Source of the DNA: Phycisphaerae bacterium | GTDB lineage: Bacteria > Planctomycetota > Phycisphaerae > Phycisphaerales > SM1A02 | Direction: 5' to 3' | Assembly (NCBI GenBank): GCA_016873315.1 | Contig: VGXL01000001.1 | Location: 4,126 to 68,125, forward strand | Length of the DNA stretch: 64,000 nt | Shown: one piece after another, positions 1 to 9,933 of the stretch | How positions within the stretch are numbered: the first letter of the stretch is position 1 | Layout: each line of letters opens with the position of its first letter | Position numbers and translations under genes: made by a program | Notes under the pieces: generated by a model | The model's database searches: none | What the model saw: only the letters and a program-made list of their open reading frames with translations | What the model was told of the DNA's origin: nothing

Positions 1-928
1 GCACGCCGGCAGCTGCCATCCGCGTGCAGACCTCGGCTGCCGTTCCGAGCGAAGGATCGATGGTGAAGAACACCATGTTGGTGTCGATGCCATCGGGTCC
101 TGGCTCGAGGTGCGTGCCCGGAATGCCATGGAGCAGGGCGGCGAGGCGGCGCGCGTTGGCGTGGTCCTCGGCGAGCCGCTCGAGGTGGTGATCGAGCGCA
201 TGGATGCAGGCCGCCGCGAGCAGACCGCTCTGGCGCATGCCACCACCAAACATCTTCCGGAAGCGGCGTGCACGCGCGATGAGCGGCGCGGGACCGCAGA
301 GCGCGCTGCCCACAGGCGCACCCAGTCCCTTGCTGAAGCACACACTCACCGTGTCGGCGATCGACGCGAACGAGGCTGCGCTGTACCCGGCGGCGATGGA
401 CGCATTGAAGAGCCGCGCGCCGTCGAGATGGACGGCGAGACCAAGTTCTTGCGCCGCTGTCGCCACGCGCTGTGCGGCGTCGAGAGGCCAGACCGTGCCA
501 CCGGCGCGATTCTGCGTGTTCTCAAGGACCAAGAGCCGTGATCGAGGGGAGTGAATGTCGGAGCCGCGGACCGCCGCACGGACTGAGTCGGCATCGAACT
601 GTCCGCGCGCGCCCGTGAGGGGGCGGATCATGCAGCCGGACAGTGCGGCCGGAGAACCGGTCTCGTAGTGGATGATGTGGCTCTCGGCGTGAGCGATGAT
701 CTCGTCGCCATGCTCCGTGTGGCAGCGAATGGCGAGTTGATTCGCCATCGTGCCGCTGGGCGTGAAGAGCGCGGCTTCCTTGCCCAACAGCGCGGCAACC
801 TTGAGCTCAAGCGCCTGGACCGTCGGTTCGTCGCCGAGCACATCATCGCCAAGCGGTGCAGCCATCATGGCCTGTCGCATCGCGGCGGTCGGCCGAGTCA
901 CGGTGTCGCTACGCAGATCGATGTCCAT
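1..928 (-). CDS. ltaE: Low-specificity L-threonine aldolase (PLP-dependent), C-terminus cut by window edge
   Basis: Absent from the ORF track because no stop lies inside the window. The reverse frame opens at ATG (926-928). It reads [41 protein letters not shown]...[17 protein letters not shown]...[13 protein letters not shown], the threonine-aldolase family pattern including the PLP-lysine block. Confidence 0.8.
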   Translation of the reverse strand, partial: MDIDLRSDTVTRPTAAMRQAMMAAPLGDDVLGDEPTVQALELKVAALLGKEAALFTPSGTMANQLAIRCHTEHGDEIIAHAESHIIHYETGSPAALSGCMIRPLTGARGQFDADSVRAAVRGSDIHSPRSRLLVLENTQNRAGGTVWPLDAAQRVATAAQELGLAVHLDGARLFNASIAAGYSAASFASIADTVSVCFSKGLGAPVGSALCGPAPLIARARRFRKMFGGGMRQSGLLAAACIHALDHHLERLAEDHANARRLAALLHGIPGTHLEPGPDGIDTNMVFFTIDPSLGTAAEVCTRMAAAGV

Positions 929-955
929 GCAGCCAGTCTAGGGACCGGCGCGGTG

Positions 956-1546
956 CTACCACATCGACGCGCGCGGTCGATCGCGGAAGACGCGAGTCCA
1001 GACCAGACGGTGGATCACCCAGGTGCCATCCGGCACCTGCCGTACCCCGATGATCCACGACGTCGGCACTGCGCCCATGCCGCCTGTGCTGGCGGTCTCG
1101 GTGCTGCACGACAGGTCGACGATGCCCTGTCCACCCTCCGTCCGAGCATCGAGCGAGGTGATCCGGTTGGTCGAGATGCGGTGCTTTCCGCAAAGGCTCG
1201 TCAGCGCGCGGTCGATCTCGGCGAAGTCCAGTCCGGGCGACTCGGTCGCACCGAAATGAATCGAGCCGGCGCGATCGATGCAGCCGCGCATGGCACCCAG
1301 ATTGGCCGACTCTGCCGCGGCGACGAACGAGCGGACCACGGCTTCGGCGTGCTCGCCTGGCGTGGTGACGAGGCGATCCGCGATGGGCACAGCGATGGCA
1401 GCGATGAGGAGGCCAGTCGCCACGATCAGCAGGCGGGCCACGCCTGTGCGCACCGCAAGTGCTGCCGCACCGATCGCAAGTCCGGCCAGAAGGATCGAAA
1501 CGGGCCAGGCGTCTGCGAAGAGATGGTTGTCGAGCCAGTCGCCCAT
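956..1546 (-). CDS. Hypothetical membrane-anchored protein (two N-terminal TM helices plus soluble domain)
   Basis: ORF 956..1804 trimmed to ATG 1544-1546 (MGDWLDNHLF...), because the longer form overlaps the divergent Lon-N gene. Hydrophobic runs VSILLAGLAIGAAALAV and LLIVATGLLIAAIAVPI. It ends 27 nt upstream of ltaE on the same strand. Confidence 0.45.
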   Translation of the reverse strand: MGDWLDNHLFADAWPVSILLAGLAIGAAALAVRTGVARLLIVATGLLIAAIAVPIADRLVTTPGEHAEAVVRSFVAAAESANLGAMRGCIDRAGSIHFGATESPGLDFAEIDRALTSLCGKHRISTNRITSLDARTEGGQGIVDLSCSTETASTGGMGAVPTSWIIGVRQVPDGTWVIHRLVWTRVFRDRPRASMW

Positions 1547-1565
1547 GGTCCTACCATTGTGGCAG

Positions 1566-2261
1566 ATGACCGTGGAACTGACGGTGGACTTCAGTGAACC
1601 GCTTCCGATCTTCGCGATCGGATCGGTGGCCATGCTGCCGCACGCTGTCGTGCCGCTGCACATCTTCGAACCTCGCAATCGACAGATGATTCGAGATTGT
1701 CTGGCCGCCGCTGGGGACCGAGGGTTGCTGCACGCGCGCGGCATCGCGCTCGCGAGTTGCCATGGATCGCCGCGTCGCCTTCGCGAGGTTGCCTGCGTGG
1801 GCAAGCTCGTGCAGGTGCAGTCCTTGGCGGATGGTCGCTACAACGTCGTGCTCCACGGTGTGACGCGGGCCCGCATGATCCAACCCGAGGCGCCGGACGG
1901 CGATCGGCTTTATCACCAGGCGATGTTTGAGCCGATGCGACCCGAGGATCCAGGCGTCGCGCGAAGTGTGCGCCGCGAATTGCACGGAGCGCTGGCTGAT
2001 CCCGCGCTCCGGAACTTCCACATCGTGGATCAGGTGCTCGGCGTCGTCAGAAACGCTGAGATCCCCGCGCAGGCGGCGATCGATGTCGCGGGTGATGCGC
2101 TCGTGCACGGCGATGCTGCTCGCTACGCGCTCCTGGCAGCGGGCGACAGTCGGTCGCAGGGCATGATCATCTGGGAGCAGGTCCAGCACATGCGCGGACT
2201 CGCCTGTGCGGCCGTGCGGCAATCGCACGGTCGCTGGCCGCGTGGTGCATCGTGGAACTGA
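1566..2261 (+). CDS. LON substrate-binding (Lon N-terminal) domain protein
   Basis: ORF 1278..2261 trimmed to ATG 1566. LPIFAIGSVAMLPHAVVPLHIFEPRNRQMI matches the opening motif of Lon N-terminal domain proteins. There is no ATPase or protease part. Confidence 0.6.
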   Translation: MTVELTVDFSEPLPIFAIGSVAMLPHAVVPLHIFEPRNRQMIRDCLAAAGDRGLLHARGIALASCHGSPRRLREVACVGKLVQVQSLADGRYNVVLHGVTRARMIQPEAPDGDRLYHQAMFEPMRPEDPGVARSVRRELHGALADPALRNFHIVDQVLGVVRNAEIPAQAAIDVAGDALVHGDAARYALLAAGDSRSQGMIIWEQVQHMRGLACAAVRQSHGRWPRGASWN

Positions 2262-2316
2262 GCGTTCGCGGGGGAAGCGGTAGGATCCGTCGGCACTTTG
2301 GTGCAGGAGGTCCGCA

Positions 2317-2883
2317 ATGGGCATCGCTTTCGTGGTCGTCGTCGGCGCAGTGGTGGCGTTGGTCGTGGGGATCGGTCTGTGGGTGGTCGGTGTCTACAAC
2401 GGACTCCAGCGTGCGCGCGTGGCGACCGAAGGTGCCTTCAGTGGCATCGATGTGAGCCTGAAGAAGCGCCATGACCTTGTGCCGAATCTGGTCGAGACGG
2501 TGAAGGGGTATGCCGCGCATGAAAAGGGCGCGCTCGAAGCTGTGATGAAGGCGCGGGCGTCGGCGATGGGTGCTGGATCGGTCGATGAGCGGATCGGCGC
2601 CGAGCAACAACTCACGGGCGCACTCGGACGGCTCCTCGCCGTGGCCGAGGCGTATCCGGACCTGAAGGCCAATCAGAACTTCCTGCAACTGCAGGGCACG
2701 CTCGGACAGCTCGAGAGCGAGATCGCCTTTGCGCGCACGGGCTACAACGGGAAGGCTGGCGACTTCAACACGCAGCTTGCCGTCTTCCCAAACAATGTGC
2801 TTGCCGGACTCTTCCGCTTCCAGCCCTTCCGATTCTTCGAGGTGGGCGAGGGCGAGCGCGAGGCACCGAAGGTCCGGTTCTGA
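2317..2883 (+). CDS. lemA: LemA family protein
   Basis: 188 aa with an N-terminal TM helix, then YNGLQRARV...KKRHDLVPNLVETVKGYAAHEK...AYPDLKANQNF. AGGAGG lies 7 nt upstream of the ATG. Confidence 0.85.
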   Translation: MGIAFVVVVGAVVALVVGIGLWVVGVYNGLQRARVATEGAFSGIDVSLKKRHDLVPNLVETVKGYAAHEKGALEAVMKARASAMGAGSVDERIGAEQQLTGALGRLLAVAEAYPDLKANQNFLQLQGTLGQLESEIAFARTGYNGKAGDFNTQLAVFPNNVLAGLFRFQPFRFFEVGEGEREAPKVRF

Positions 2884-2899
2884 GTCGAGGCGGCCAAGG

Positions 2900-3943
2900 A
2901 TGGCACGAGAACGCATCGTCGAGGCGTCGCAGCAGGGTCGCGACCGTGAGCCCGAACTCGCGGCGGGTCCGGCGCTCCGACCACAGCAGTTGGCGGAGTA
3001 CATCGGGCAGCCCGACCTGAAGGAGCGTCTGTCGATCGCCATCGACGCAGCGCGCGCCCGGTCGGCGCCGATGGAGCATGTCTTGCTGCACGGGCCGCCG
3101 GGCCTCGGCAAGACCACGCTCGCGCATGTGATTGCCAACGAGATGGGCAGTCGTGCCTATGTCACCAGCGGTCCTGCGTTGACGAAGGCTGCCGATCTGA
3201 TCGGCACGCTCACGAAAATGGAGGAACGAGATGTGCTCTTCATCGACGAGATCCACCGGCTGCCCGCCGCCGTCGAGGAGTACATCTACCCGGCCATGGA
3301 GGATTTCCGCATCGACTTCACGGTCGACAGCGGGATGCACGCGCGCGTGGTGACCGTGGCGCTCAAGCCGTTCACGCTCATCGGTGCGACGACACGGCCC
3401 GGCTTGCTCACGCAAGCGCTGCGCAACCGCTTCGGCATCGCCCACCATCTTGGCTTCTATGGAGCCGCTGAGCTCGTCGAGATTCTGCGCCGTGCGGCAG
3501 GACTGCAGGGCATGCGTGGAATCCCTGACGGGGCGCTTGATCGGCTCGCGGGGCGCAGCCGCGGCACCCCGCGCATTGCGCTGCGACTGCTGCGGCGCGT
3601 GCGTGACTTCGCGCAAGTCCGCCGTGGTGGATCGCTCGATTTGGACGCCGTCGATGAAGCGCTCGAGCTCGAGGGCATTGACGCACTGGGTCTTGATGCG
3701 CTCGATCGTGCGTATGTGCAGGCCCTTGCGGGTGTGTATGGGTGCGGCCCAGCAGGTGTTGAGGCGATCGCCGCAAGCATGGGCGAAGACGCAGGCACGC
3801 TCGAGGATGTGGTCGAGCCGTATCTCTTGCAACTCGGTTTCGTGGCCCGCACGCGACAGGGTCGGCGGTTGACCAAGGCGGCCTGCGATCATGTCGGCGC
3901 GGCGTGGAAGGGCCCGGCCGACGGCGGACTCTTTGAGGGCTAA
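2900..3943 (+). CDS. ruvB: Holliday junction branch-migration ATPase RuvB
   Basis: ORF 2729..3943 trimmed to ATG 2900. Motifs: LRPQQLAEYIGQ, Walker A GPPGLGKTT, Walker B FIDEIHRL, RIALRLLRRVRDFA. Confidence 0.95.
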   Translation: MARERIVEASQQGRDREPELAAGPALRPQQLAEYIGQPDLKERLSIAIDAARARSAPMEHVLLHGPPGLGKTTLAHVIANEMGSRAYVTSGPALTKAADLIGTLTKMEERDVLFIDEIHRLPAAVEEYIYPAMEDFRIDFTVDSGMHARVVTVALKPFTLIGATTRPGLLTQALRNRFGIAHHLGFYGAAELVEILRRAAGLQGMRGIPDGALDRLAGRSRGTPRIALRLLRRVRDFAQVRRGGSLDLDAVDEALELEGIDALGLDALDRAYVQALAGVYGCGPAGVEAIAASMGEDAGTLEDVVEPYLLQLGFVARTRQGRRLTKAACDHVGAAWKGPADGGLFEG

Positions 3944-3983
3944 AGCGATCCTTCGGCCGGCATGGCCCTGCGAGGGCTGAAAC

Positions 3984-6900
3984 TCAGCGGCCGCCGAGCG
4001 AGGAGTTCTGTCCAAACGCCGAGTTGAGGGCCGAACCAAGGTTCGCACTCTGCCCACCGAGCGAGACGCCCACTCCGAAACTGTAGGCGTCTGTGATCAG
4101 GTCATAGCCACCGTTGATCGTCACCGCGAAATCAGGGAATTGCCGCGTGATCGAGCCAGTCGCGCTGCGGAATGTTTCCGCGAGGAAGTCGTACTGGCCG
4201 GCGAGCGCAATGTTGTAGTTCTCGCTGACCCGGTACTGCAGTCCGCCCTGCAGGAGTTCGTCATCGGGATAGAGCCCGGTGTCATCAAATGTGTTGACGT
4301 ATCGATACTCGGTGTACCACGTCACGGCGGGCGACTGCGTGATGCGGAATCCAACGGACCCTTGCGCAAGATCATCGCCCTGGCTGTCGCGGTCTTCGAG
4401 CATCCAGGTCACCATGCCATAGAGCCCAAGTGCATCGCCCACGGCCCATGTGCCGTTGCCGTACAAGTGATCGCCCCACTGGCTGTACTCCGGTCGCCAC
4501 GCGTAGAAGCTGGGCAGCGGACTCTGGAAGTTCTTGAGACCGAACGCGTCGCCCGGCGTGACCGTCCGCTGCAGGTCGTTGCTGCGATCATCGACGACGA
4601 CGCCAGCATCGACCGTCACCCAATCGACGCTCTGCCAGTTGCCCGGTCCGCCGCGCATGGTCTGCAGGCGTTGGTCGAGGCCGGCTTGGCCGACCGCACC
4701 ACCGGACCAGCCTTCCCACTCTTGGTCGTAGATCGGGTAGTTCGTGAGATCGTTCGAATCCCAGCCGTACCACGCTGTCCCGTACGGCTTGATCACATGG
4801 CGCAGGCGCTCAAGGTCAAGCAACCTGCTGCGCACGGTGTCGTACGACGCGGTCAATGTGGTGCTGGCCCGCACGCCGCCCGAGAGGAGTCCGCGGAAGG
4901 AATCGGACTGGGCGGAATAGTCCTTGAAGTCATCGAAGAAGTAGCCGATGCCGTTGCCCGAGGCGAACGGCGTGACGCGCACATCGCCCAGATCGAGCGG
5001 CATGGCGAACTCCTGCCGGGTCGCCACGCGTCCACGCATCTTTGAGTCGTAGCCCGCACCCTCGTACGCCTGGCGAATGTTTTGCGTGGCGGCGAATGCC
5101 GGGTTGATGCTGATCGCATCGGGATCCGCGCCGATCTCGAGACTGTCGGTGTCTTGCAGGTTCAGCGACATCACCGAGCCCGTGTACTCGCTCGACCATG
5201 TCACGGCGTCACCAAAGATCCGATCACCGAATCGCCGGTAGTTGAGCTCGGGGTACTTCTCGGCGGTGTACGGCCGGCTAGCCAGTTGCCACATCGTGCT
5301 GACCCAGTCGTTCGCACTGATCGACGCTCCGAAGTCGAAGATCGAATTGTCCGTTGACGAGGTGGTCCACGCGGAGGTTTCGTATGGACGGCGCTGCTGG
5401 TAGTCGTCGGGGCGGAAGATGCTGACCAGCGTGGGATCGCTCTGCACGCCGAGTTGGAGCCTGGTGTTCGCATCAGGCGACGACTGCAGCACCCAGTCGG
5501 CGGTGACCATGCCGCGCCACTCGTTGGCGCTCGTGACATACCCAGAGTTCGCAGTCTGTTCTGAATTCAGGAAGTCATAGACGCCGAAGAAGTCAGCGTT
5601 CCATGCGCCGCCGGCATCGCCCTTCATGCGCAGGTCGGCATTGATGCCATACTGCGACTGCACACCGGCCTCGAGCGTGGCGTCGAGCCCCGGTTCGGGC
5701 TTCAGGCCAAGCAGCACGAACGGATCAAGTTCGACGCCGACGACCGCGCCCTCGGGATCGCCGTAGCCGAGCTGCACGCTCTTGATCGGCAGGCGCTCGA
5801 GCGAGCCTTGCACCGTGGGCATCCAGAAGAACGGCACGCGACCCAGTCGCCCGGTCACATCGTCGGCGATGACGAATGAATCGCCTGCTGCGGTTTGCGT
5901 GACGGTAGCGCGAGACACGCCCACCGAGAGGTGCGGCACGAAGAACTCGCTGTTGGACAGCGTGGACTCGCCCACGCGCCACTGGCGTCCTGCGACCTGC
6001 TGCATTTCGGCGGCTCGCGCCACCAAGAGCTGTCCCTTGCGGTCGACCGTGCGCAGCACAGCGTCGGCGGCGTAGGCCTTGTTGCGGACGAGGTCGTAGT
6101 ACACATGTCGGCATCGGATCGTGTACTGGAAGTCGGTGGCGACGACATCGCCTTCGAGGTAGATGCCGACGATGTCGAGCGCACTGATCGTGGTCGCGGG
6201 CGACGCATCCTTGCCTTTCGCCTTCAGGGCGGCGAGCGTCCCGGGTTCCAGGAACACGACGCCACTCTCCGCGGAGAGTTGCAGGTCGCGCGGTCCGTCG
6301 CCAGTCTGCATGCCGGTGGCATCGATCTGCACGCCGCCGGTGATCGTGACCGCATCGGTCGCTGCGTCGAGCGCGATCGAGCCGCCAAACCAACTCACCA
6401 TCGCCGAGCCTGCAATGATTGGAAGCGTGCCCGTGTCGGCGGCGCGGATGGTGATGGGCGGGAGCAGCGTGGAGTCGGTGCTGGCCTTGATCGACGCGCC
6501 GACGGTGATCGGGACTTCGGGTGGCTTGGGCGTGATGTCGATGTCCGGGCGCTGTTCGAGGACGGGCGCGCCAGTTGCGATGGCGCGCAGGTGACGCTGC
6601 AGGCGCGCGACGCCCTTGGCAAGTTCAGGTTTGCCGACCGGAGCGCCGCGATCGGTGAGCACGGTGGTCAGTTCGACGGGACCGCGTGTGCTGCCGGTGA
6701 CCAGCAGTTCCTTGCCGCCCGCGCCGACGCCGGCGTATCGCGTGGGCTCGCTCGCGACAGGGAAGAAGACGGCGTATTGCGTGATGAGCCCACCGGAGGA
6801 GGGGATTCGGTTGATCCAGACCGCAGCGGCCGGCGCACTGAAGACATAGTCACCCAGATCGATCGAGACATCGCCCTCGAGCCAGAGTCGCTTGGTGTCC

Positions 6901-7073
6901 AGCGAACTCCACTCCCATCGGCGCTCCGCAGAGATGGTCAGGCCGCCTTCGACAGGCTCCACCGGAAGCACGAAGCCTGCGAGAGATTCACCGTTCACCA
7001 CCAGGTCGATCTGCTGCGCCGTGGCCATTGGACCGAAGGCCAACGGGAGCATCAGGACGAGGGCAGCGCGCAT
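3984..7073 (-). CDS. lptD: LptD/OstA-like outer-membrane LPS-assembly protein (large beta-barrel)
   Basis: The listed ORF starts at TTG 7091. ATG 7071-7073 gives the signal peptide MRAALVLMLPLAFGPMATAQQ. OstA-like N-terminal strands (LWLEGDVSIDLGDYVF, IYLEGDVVATDFQYTIRCRHVYYD) are followed by an aromatic-rich barrel-like C-terminal two thirds (GRVPFFWMP, YPELNYR). The call rests on motif resemblance only. Confidence 0.55.
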   Translation of the reverse strand: MRAALVLMLPLAFGPMATAQQIDLVVNGESLAGFVLPVEPVEGGLTISAERRWEWSSLDTKRLWLEGDVSIDLGDYVFSAPAAAVWINRIPSSGGLITQYAVFFPVASEPTRYAGVGAGGKELLVTGSTRGPVELTTVLTDRGAPVGKPELAKGVARLQRHLRAIATGAPVLEQRPDIDITPKPPEVPITVGASIKASTDSTLLPPITIRAADTGTLPIIAGSAMVSWFGGSIALDAATDAVTITGGVQIDATGMQTGDGPRDLQLSAESGVVFLEPGTLAALKAKGKDASPATTISALDIVGIYLEGDVVATDFQYTIRCRHVYYDLVRNKAYAADAVLRTVDRKGQLLVARAAEMQQVAGRQWRVGESTLSNSEFFVPHLSVGVSRATVTQTAAGDSFVIADDVTGRLGRVPFFWMPTVQGSLERLPIKSVQLGYGDPEGAVVGVELDPFVLLGLKPEPGLDATLEAGVQSQYGINADLRMKGDAGGAWNADFFGVYDFLNSEQTANSGYVTSANEWRGMVTADWVLQSSPDANTRLQLGVQSDPTLVSIFRPDDYQQRRPYETSAWTTSSTDNSIFDFGASISANDWVSTMWQLASRPYTAEKYPELNYRRFGDRIFGDAVTWSSEYTGSVMSLNLQDTDSLEIGADPDAISINPAFAATQNIRQAYEGAGYDSKMRGRVATRQEFAMPLDLGDVRVTPFASGNGIGYFFDDFKDYSAQSDSFRGLLSGGVRASTTLTASYDTVRSRLLDLERLRHVIKPYGTAWYGWDSNDLTNYPIYDQEWEGWSGGAVGQAGLDQRLQTMRGGPGNWQSVDWVTVDAGVVVDDRSNDLQRTVTPGDAFGLKNFQSPLPSFYAWRPEYSQWGDHLYGNGTWAVGDALGLYGMVTWMLEDRDSQGDDLAQGSVGFRITQSPAVTWYTEYRYVNTFDDTGLYPDDELLQGGLQYRVSENYNIALAGQYDFLAETFRSATGSITRQFPDFAVTINGGYDLITDAYSFGVGVSLGGQSANLGSALNSAFGQNSSLGGR

Positions 7074-7087
7074 GCGGCGATGGTAGT

Positions 7088-8038
7088 TCAAGGTTGATAG
7101 TCGAGTGGGCGCGCCAGATGGATGCCGGTTCGAACGACCGCGTCAACCGCAGCCAGCACCAAGGCCGCGCCGGCGAAGCTTGCTGCGGCTCCAGGGAGTC
7201 CCATGCAGAGGAACCATGCCGACGGCATCAGGGCTTGCGTGAGCGTGGCGAGGCGCGCAAATCGATCTGCTTGGCGCGGTGCACCGCTCGTCATGCGCCG
7301 CATGATCAGGCTCCCGACGACGCATCCGATCAGGAGGATGGCGACCACCACGATTCCATCGCGCGGATGATCGAAGCCCACCAGCGGATCACGGCTGTTC
7401 GGCGCGATCCACCACACGAGCGCGGCGGACCATGCGGCCCAGAGTGCAACGGCGAAGAGCATGCCGCGGACCGTCGCGGCTGGCCGCTTCTGGCGAAGCC
7501 GATGCACGATGCCGGCCACAATGGCCGTGAAGGTCATCGAGAACCAGAAGGGCAGCACCACGCCCGGGTGTTGGTCCGGGACCAGCATGTGGAGCGCGCC
7601 GATCGCGCCCAGGCTCACGAACCCGAATGCAGGGATGAACTTCGCCAGCACGTTGTAGGCCACGATGCCAGCGGCGGCGAGCCCTGCGACCAGCATGCCG
7701 CCGCGACCGAACTGCGAGGCCGCCCCCAACGCCGAGAGCAGGCTGATCACGGCCAGCGCGGCCAGCCACTGCACCGAGAGCAGCCATCGCGAGGGCCGTT
7801 CCGTGGCGAATGCGCGATCGTGCTTTCGATCGAGCACATCGTTCATGGCGACGCCGAAGACAAAGAGCCCGAGCGACACGACGCTCATGGAGAGCAGCAA
7901 GGTGCCCAGATGGCCCTCGATCCGTCCAGTGCGATGGGCAATCGCGACGGCGAACCAGCCCTCGGCCATCGCTCCGTAGGCCAGGCCGGCCCGCGCGGCT
8001 TGGACCCCTGCAGCAAGGCGGCGCAGCGCTCCGTGCAT
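7088..8038 (-). CDS. UbiA-family prenyltransferase-like integral membrane protein
   Basis: 316 aa and multi-TM. NDVLDRKHD fits the first Asp-rich NDxxDxxxD motif of UbiA prenyltransferases. The stop lies 14 nt before (or overlaps) the LptD-like start. Confidence 0.55.
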   Translation of the reverse strand: MHGALRRLAAGVQAARAGLAYGAMAEGWFAVAIAHRTGRIEGHLGTLLLSMSVVSLGLFVFGVAMNDVLDRKHDRAFATERPSRWLLSVQWLAALAVISLLSALGAASQFGRGGMLVAGLAAAGIVAYNVLAKFIPAFGFVSLGAIGALHMLVPDQHPGVVLPFWFSMTFTAIVAGIVHRLRQKRPAATVRGMLFAVALWAAWSAALVWWIAPNSRDPLVGFDHPRDGIVVVAILLIGCVVGSLIMRRMTSGAPRQADRFARLATLTQALMPSAWFLCMGLPGAAASFAGAALVLAAVDAVVRTGIHLARPLDYQP

Positions 8039-8064
8039 GCTCGCGAGGCTACCATCTTCGCCCC

Positions 8065-8535
8065 ATGCAACCCGTCGTTCCCTCCACCGCTGTCAACGCT
8101 AGGTCGTTGCGCATCGCGATCGTGACGAGCACCTACCACGGTGACCTCACCAGTGCGCTCGAGCGCGGCGCGGTGAAGGCGTTCGAGCAGGCCGGTGGGG
8201 AGCCGTCGAAGCTCAGGATCGTGAAGGCGCCGGGTGCGTTCGAACTTGTGGCGATCAGCCGCGCCGCTGCGGCGCGAAGCGACATCGATGCCGTGGTGGC
8301 GCTCGGCTGCGTCCTGACGGGCGAGACGAGCCACGACCGACACATCTGCGAAGCGGTGGCGCACGGACTGGCCTTGATCTCCATTGAATTCGGGAAGCCT
8401 GCAGCGTTTGGTCTCTTGACGTGCCAGACTCTTGCCCAGGCGCAAGCTCGCGCTGGTGGTGCGAAAGGCAACAAGGGCGAGGAAGCCATGCGCGCCGCGA
8501 TCGGTGCAGCGCAGACGATCAAGGAGTTGCAATGA
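8065..8535 (+). CDS. ribH: 6,7-dimethyl-8-ribityllumazine synthase
   Basis: ORF 7810..8535 trimmed to ATG 8065. Motifs: RIAIVTSTYHGDLTSAL, KAPGAFELV, ALGCVLTGETSHDRHI, FGLLTC. Confidence 0.9.
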   Translation: MQPVVPSTAVNARSLRIAIVTSTYHGDLTSALERGAVKAFEQAGGEPSKLRIVKAPGAFELVAISRAAAARSDIDAVVALGCVLTGETSHDRHICEAVAHGLALISIEFGKPAAFGLLTCQTLAQAQARAGGAKGNKGEEAMRAAIGAAQTIKELQ

Positions 8536-8954
8536 GTGCCGTTGTCGATCTCGTCGTGCGGCGCTGCGCGCTGCAGGCCATGTACCAATTCGACGCCGTG
8601 CCCGGAGTGACGCCGGAGGTCGTTCGTCGGTCGCTCGACGAAAGCGACGGCTCCGCAGTCCATCATGACGCGGGCTTCGCGCTGGCCTGCCTTGCGTGGG
8701 AGCATCGCGCTGAAGCTGATGCCGACATTGTCGCGCTCGCGCCCGAGTGGCCATCGCACCGACAGCCGATGATCGACCGCAACCTGCTCCGCCTTGGCTG
8801 GTACGAACTCTCGATCGGCAAGATCGCGCCCGGACTGGCCATCGGTGATGCGGTCGAGTTGGCCAAGGAATTCGGCACAGAACGAAGCGGCGGATTTGTG
8901 AACGGCGTGCTCGATCAGGTGGCGCGCCGAATCGCCGGCGGGGGCATCGCGTGA
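8532..8954 (+). CDS. nusB: Transcription antitermination factor NusB
   Basis: ATG 8532 overlaps the ribH TGA (ATGA). RRCALQAMYQFD...DRNLLRLGWYEL...AIGDAVELAKEFG...GFVNGVLD is the NusB pattern, and ribH-nusB synteny is conserved. Confidence 0.85.
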   Translation: MSAVVDLVVRRCALQAMYQFDAVPGVTPEVVRRSLDESDGSAVHHDAGFALACLAWEHRAEADADIVALAPEWPSHRQPMIDRNLLRLGWYELSIGKIAPGLAIGDAVELAKEFGTERSGGFVNGVLDQVARRIAGGGIA

Positions 8955-9871
8955 TCTTCCGTGCGGCCGTCGAGGCCATCAAGCGGGGACTCGCCAAGAC
9001 TGCCGCCACGCTCGGTTCGGGGCTGAAGACGCTGCTGCACGGGAAGTCGCTCAGCGAGGATGTGCTCGCCGAGCTCGAGTCGCGGCTCATCGCCGCCGAT
9101 GTCGGTGTACGCGCAGCACGCGAGATCGTGGAAGCGCTGCGGGTCGAGTACCGCGCCGGTCGTGTGGAGCGCGGCGAGGATGCGCTGGAGTTCCTGAAGA
9201 AAACGCTGAAGGCACGGTGGAGGGAAGCGCCGAGTGGGATTCGGTACGCCGCTTCGAAGCCCACCGTCATCTTGGTCGTGGGCGTGAATGGCGCGGGCAA
9301 GACGACGAGCGTGGCGAAGATCGCCAAGACGATTCGCGACAGCGGGCGGACGGTGCTGCTCGGTGCAGCCGACACCTTCCGCGCGGGTGCCGTCGAGCAA
9401 CTCAAGACCTGGGGGCAGCGGTTGGGCGTCGAGGTCGTTGCGGGTGGGGCCAACGCAGATCCCGCCGCGGTGGCCTTTGATGCAGCGGAGGCGGCGCTGA
9501 GCCGGGGCGTCGATGTGCTGCTGATCGACACCGCCGGCCGCCTGCACACACAGGACCACCTGATGCGTCAACTGACCAAGGTCCGCGATGTGGTGCGGCG
9601 CAAGATTCCCGACGCGCCGCACGAAGTCTTGCTGGTGCTCGATGCCACCAGTGGACAGAACGCGATTCAGCAGGCGCAGGTGTTCAAGCAGGCCGTCGAT
9701 GTGACGGGCATCTTTCTGGCGAAACTCGATGGCACCGCTCGCGGTGGCGTGGTCGTGGCGATCCGCGATGCGATCGATGTTCCGGTCAAGCTCGTCGGAA
9801 CTGGCGAGACGCCCGAGGATGTCCAGCCGTTCGACCCGGATCAGTTCGTCGAGGCCATGTTCTCGGCCTGA
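8951..9871 (+). CDS. ftsY: Signal recognition particle receptor FtsY (short form, NG domain only)
   Basis: GTG 8951 overlaps the nusB TGA (GTGA). Motifs: [33 protein letters not shown]. Confidence 0.9.
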   Translation: MIFRAAVEAIKRGLAKTAATLGSGLKTLLHGKSLSEDVLAELESRLIAADVGVRAAREIVEALRVEYRAGRVERGEDALEFLKKTLKARWREAPSGIRYAASKPTVILVVGVNGAGKTTSVAKIAKTIRDSGRTVLLGAADTFRAGAVEQLKTWGQRLGVEVVAGGANADPAAVAFDAAEAALSRGVDVLLIDTAGRLHTQDHLMRQLTKVRDVVRRKIPDAPHEVLLVLDATSGQNAIQQAQVFKQAVDVTGIFLAKLDGTARGGVVVAIRDAIDVPVKLVGTGETPEDVQPFDPDQFVEAMFSA

Positions 9872-9933
9872 TCGCCTTGCATTCGAAGCAGATCGCGCAT
9901 GGCGGGCGGCGGTGCCACGACTACGATCCGCCC

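Noticed and set aside
668-1597. 309-aa plus-strand ORF
   Set aside because: It lies antisense to the well-supported ltaE and membrane-protein genes. It has an Arg/Ala/Gly-rich composition with no motif, typical of a high-G+C shadow ORF.
8039-8064. FMN riboswitch upstream of ribH
   Set aside because: Only 26 nt separate ribH from the divergent UbiA-like start, which is far too short for an RFN element.
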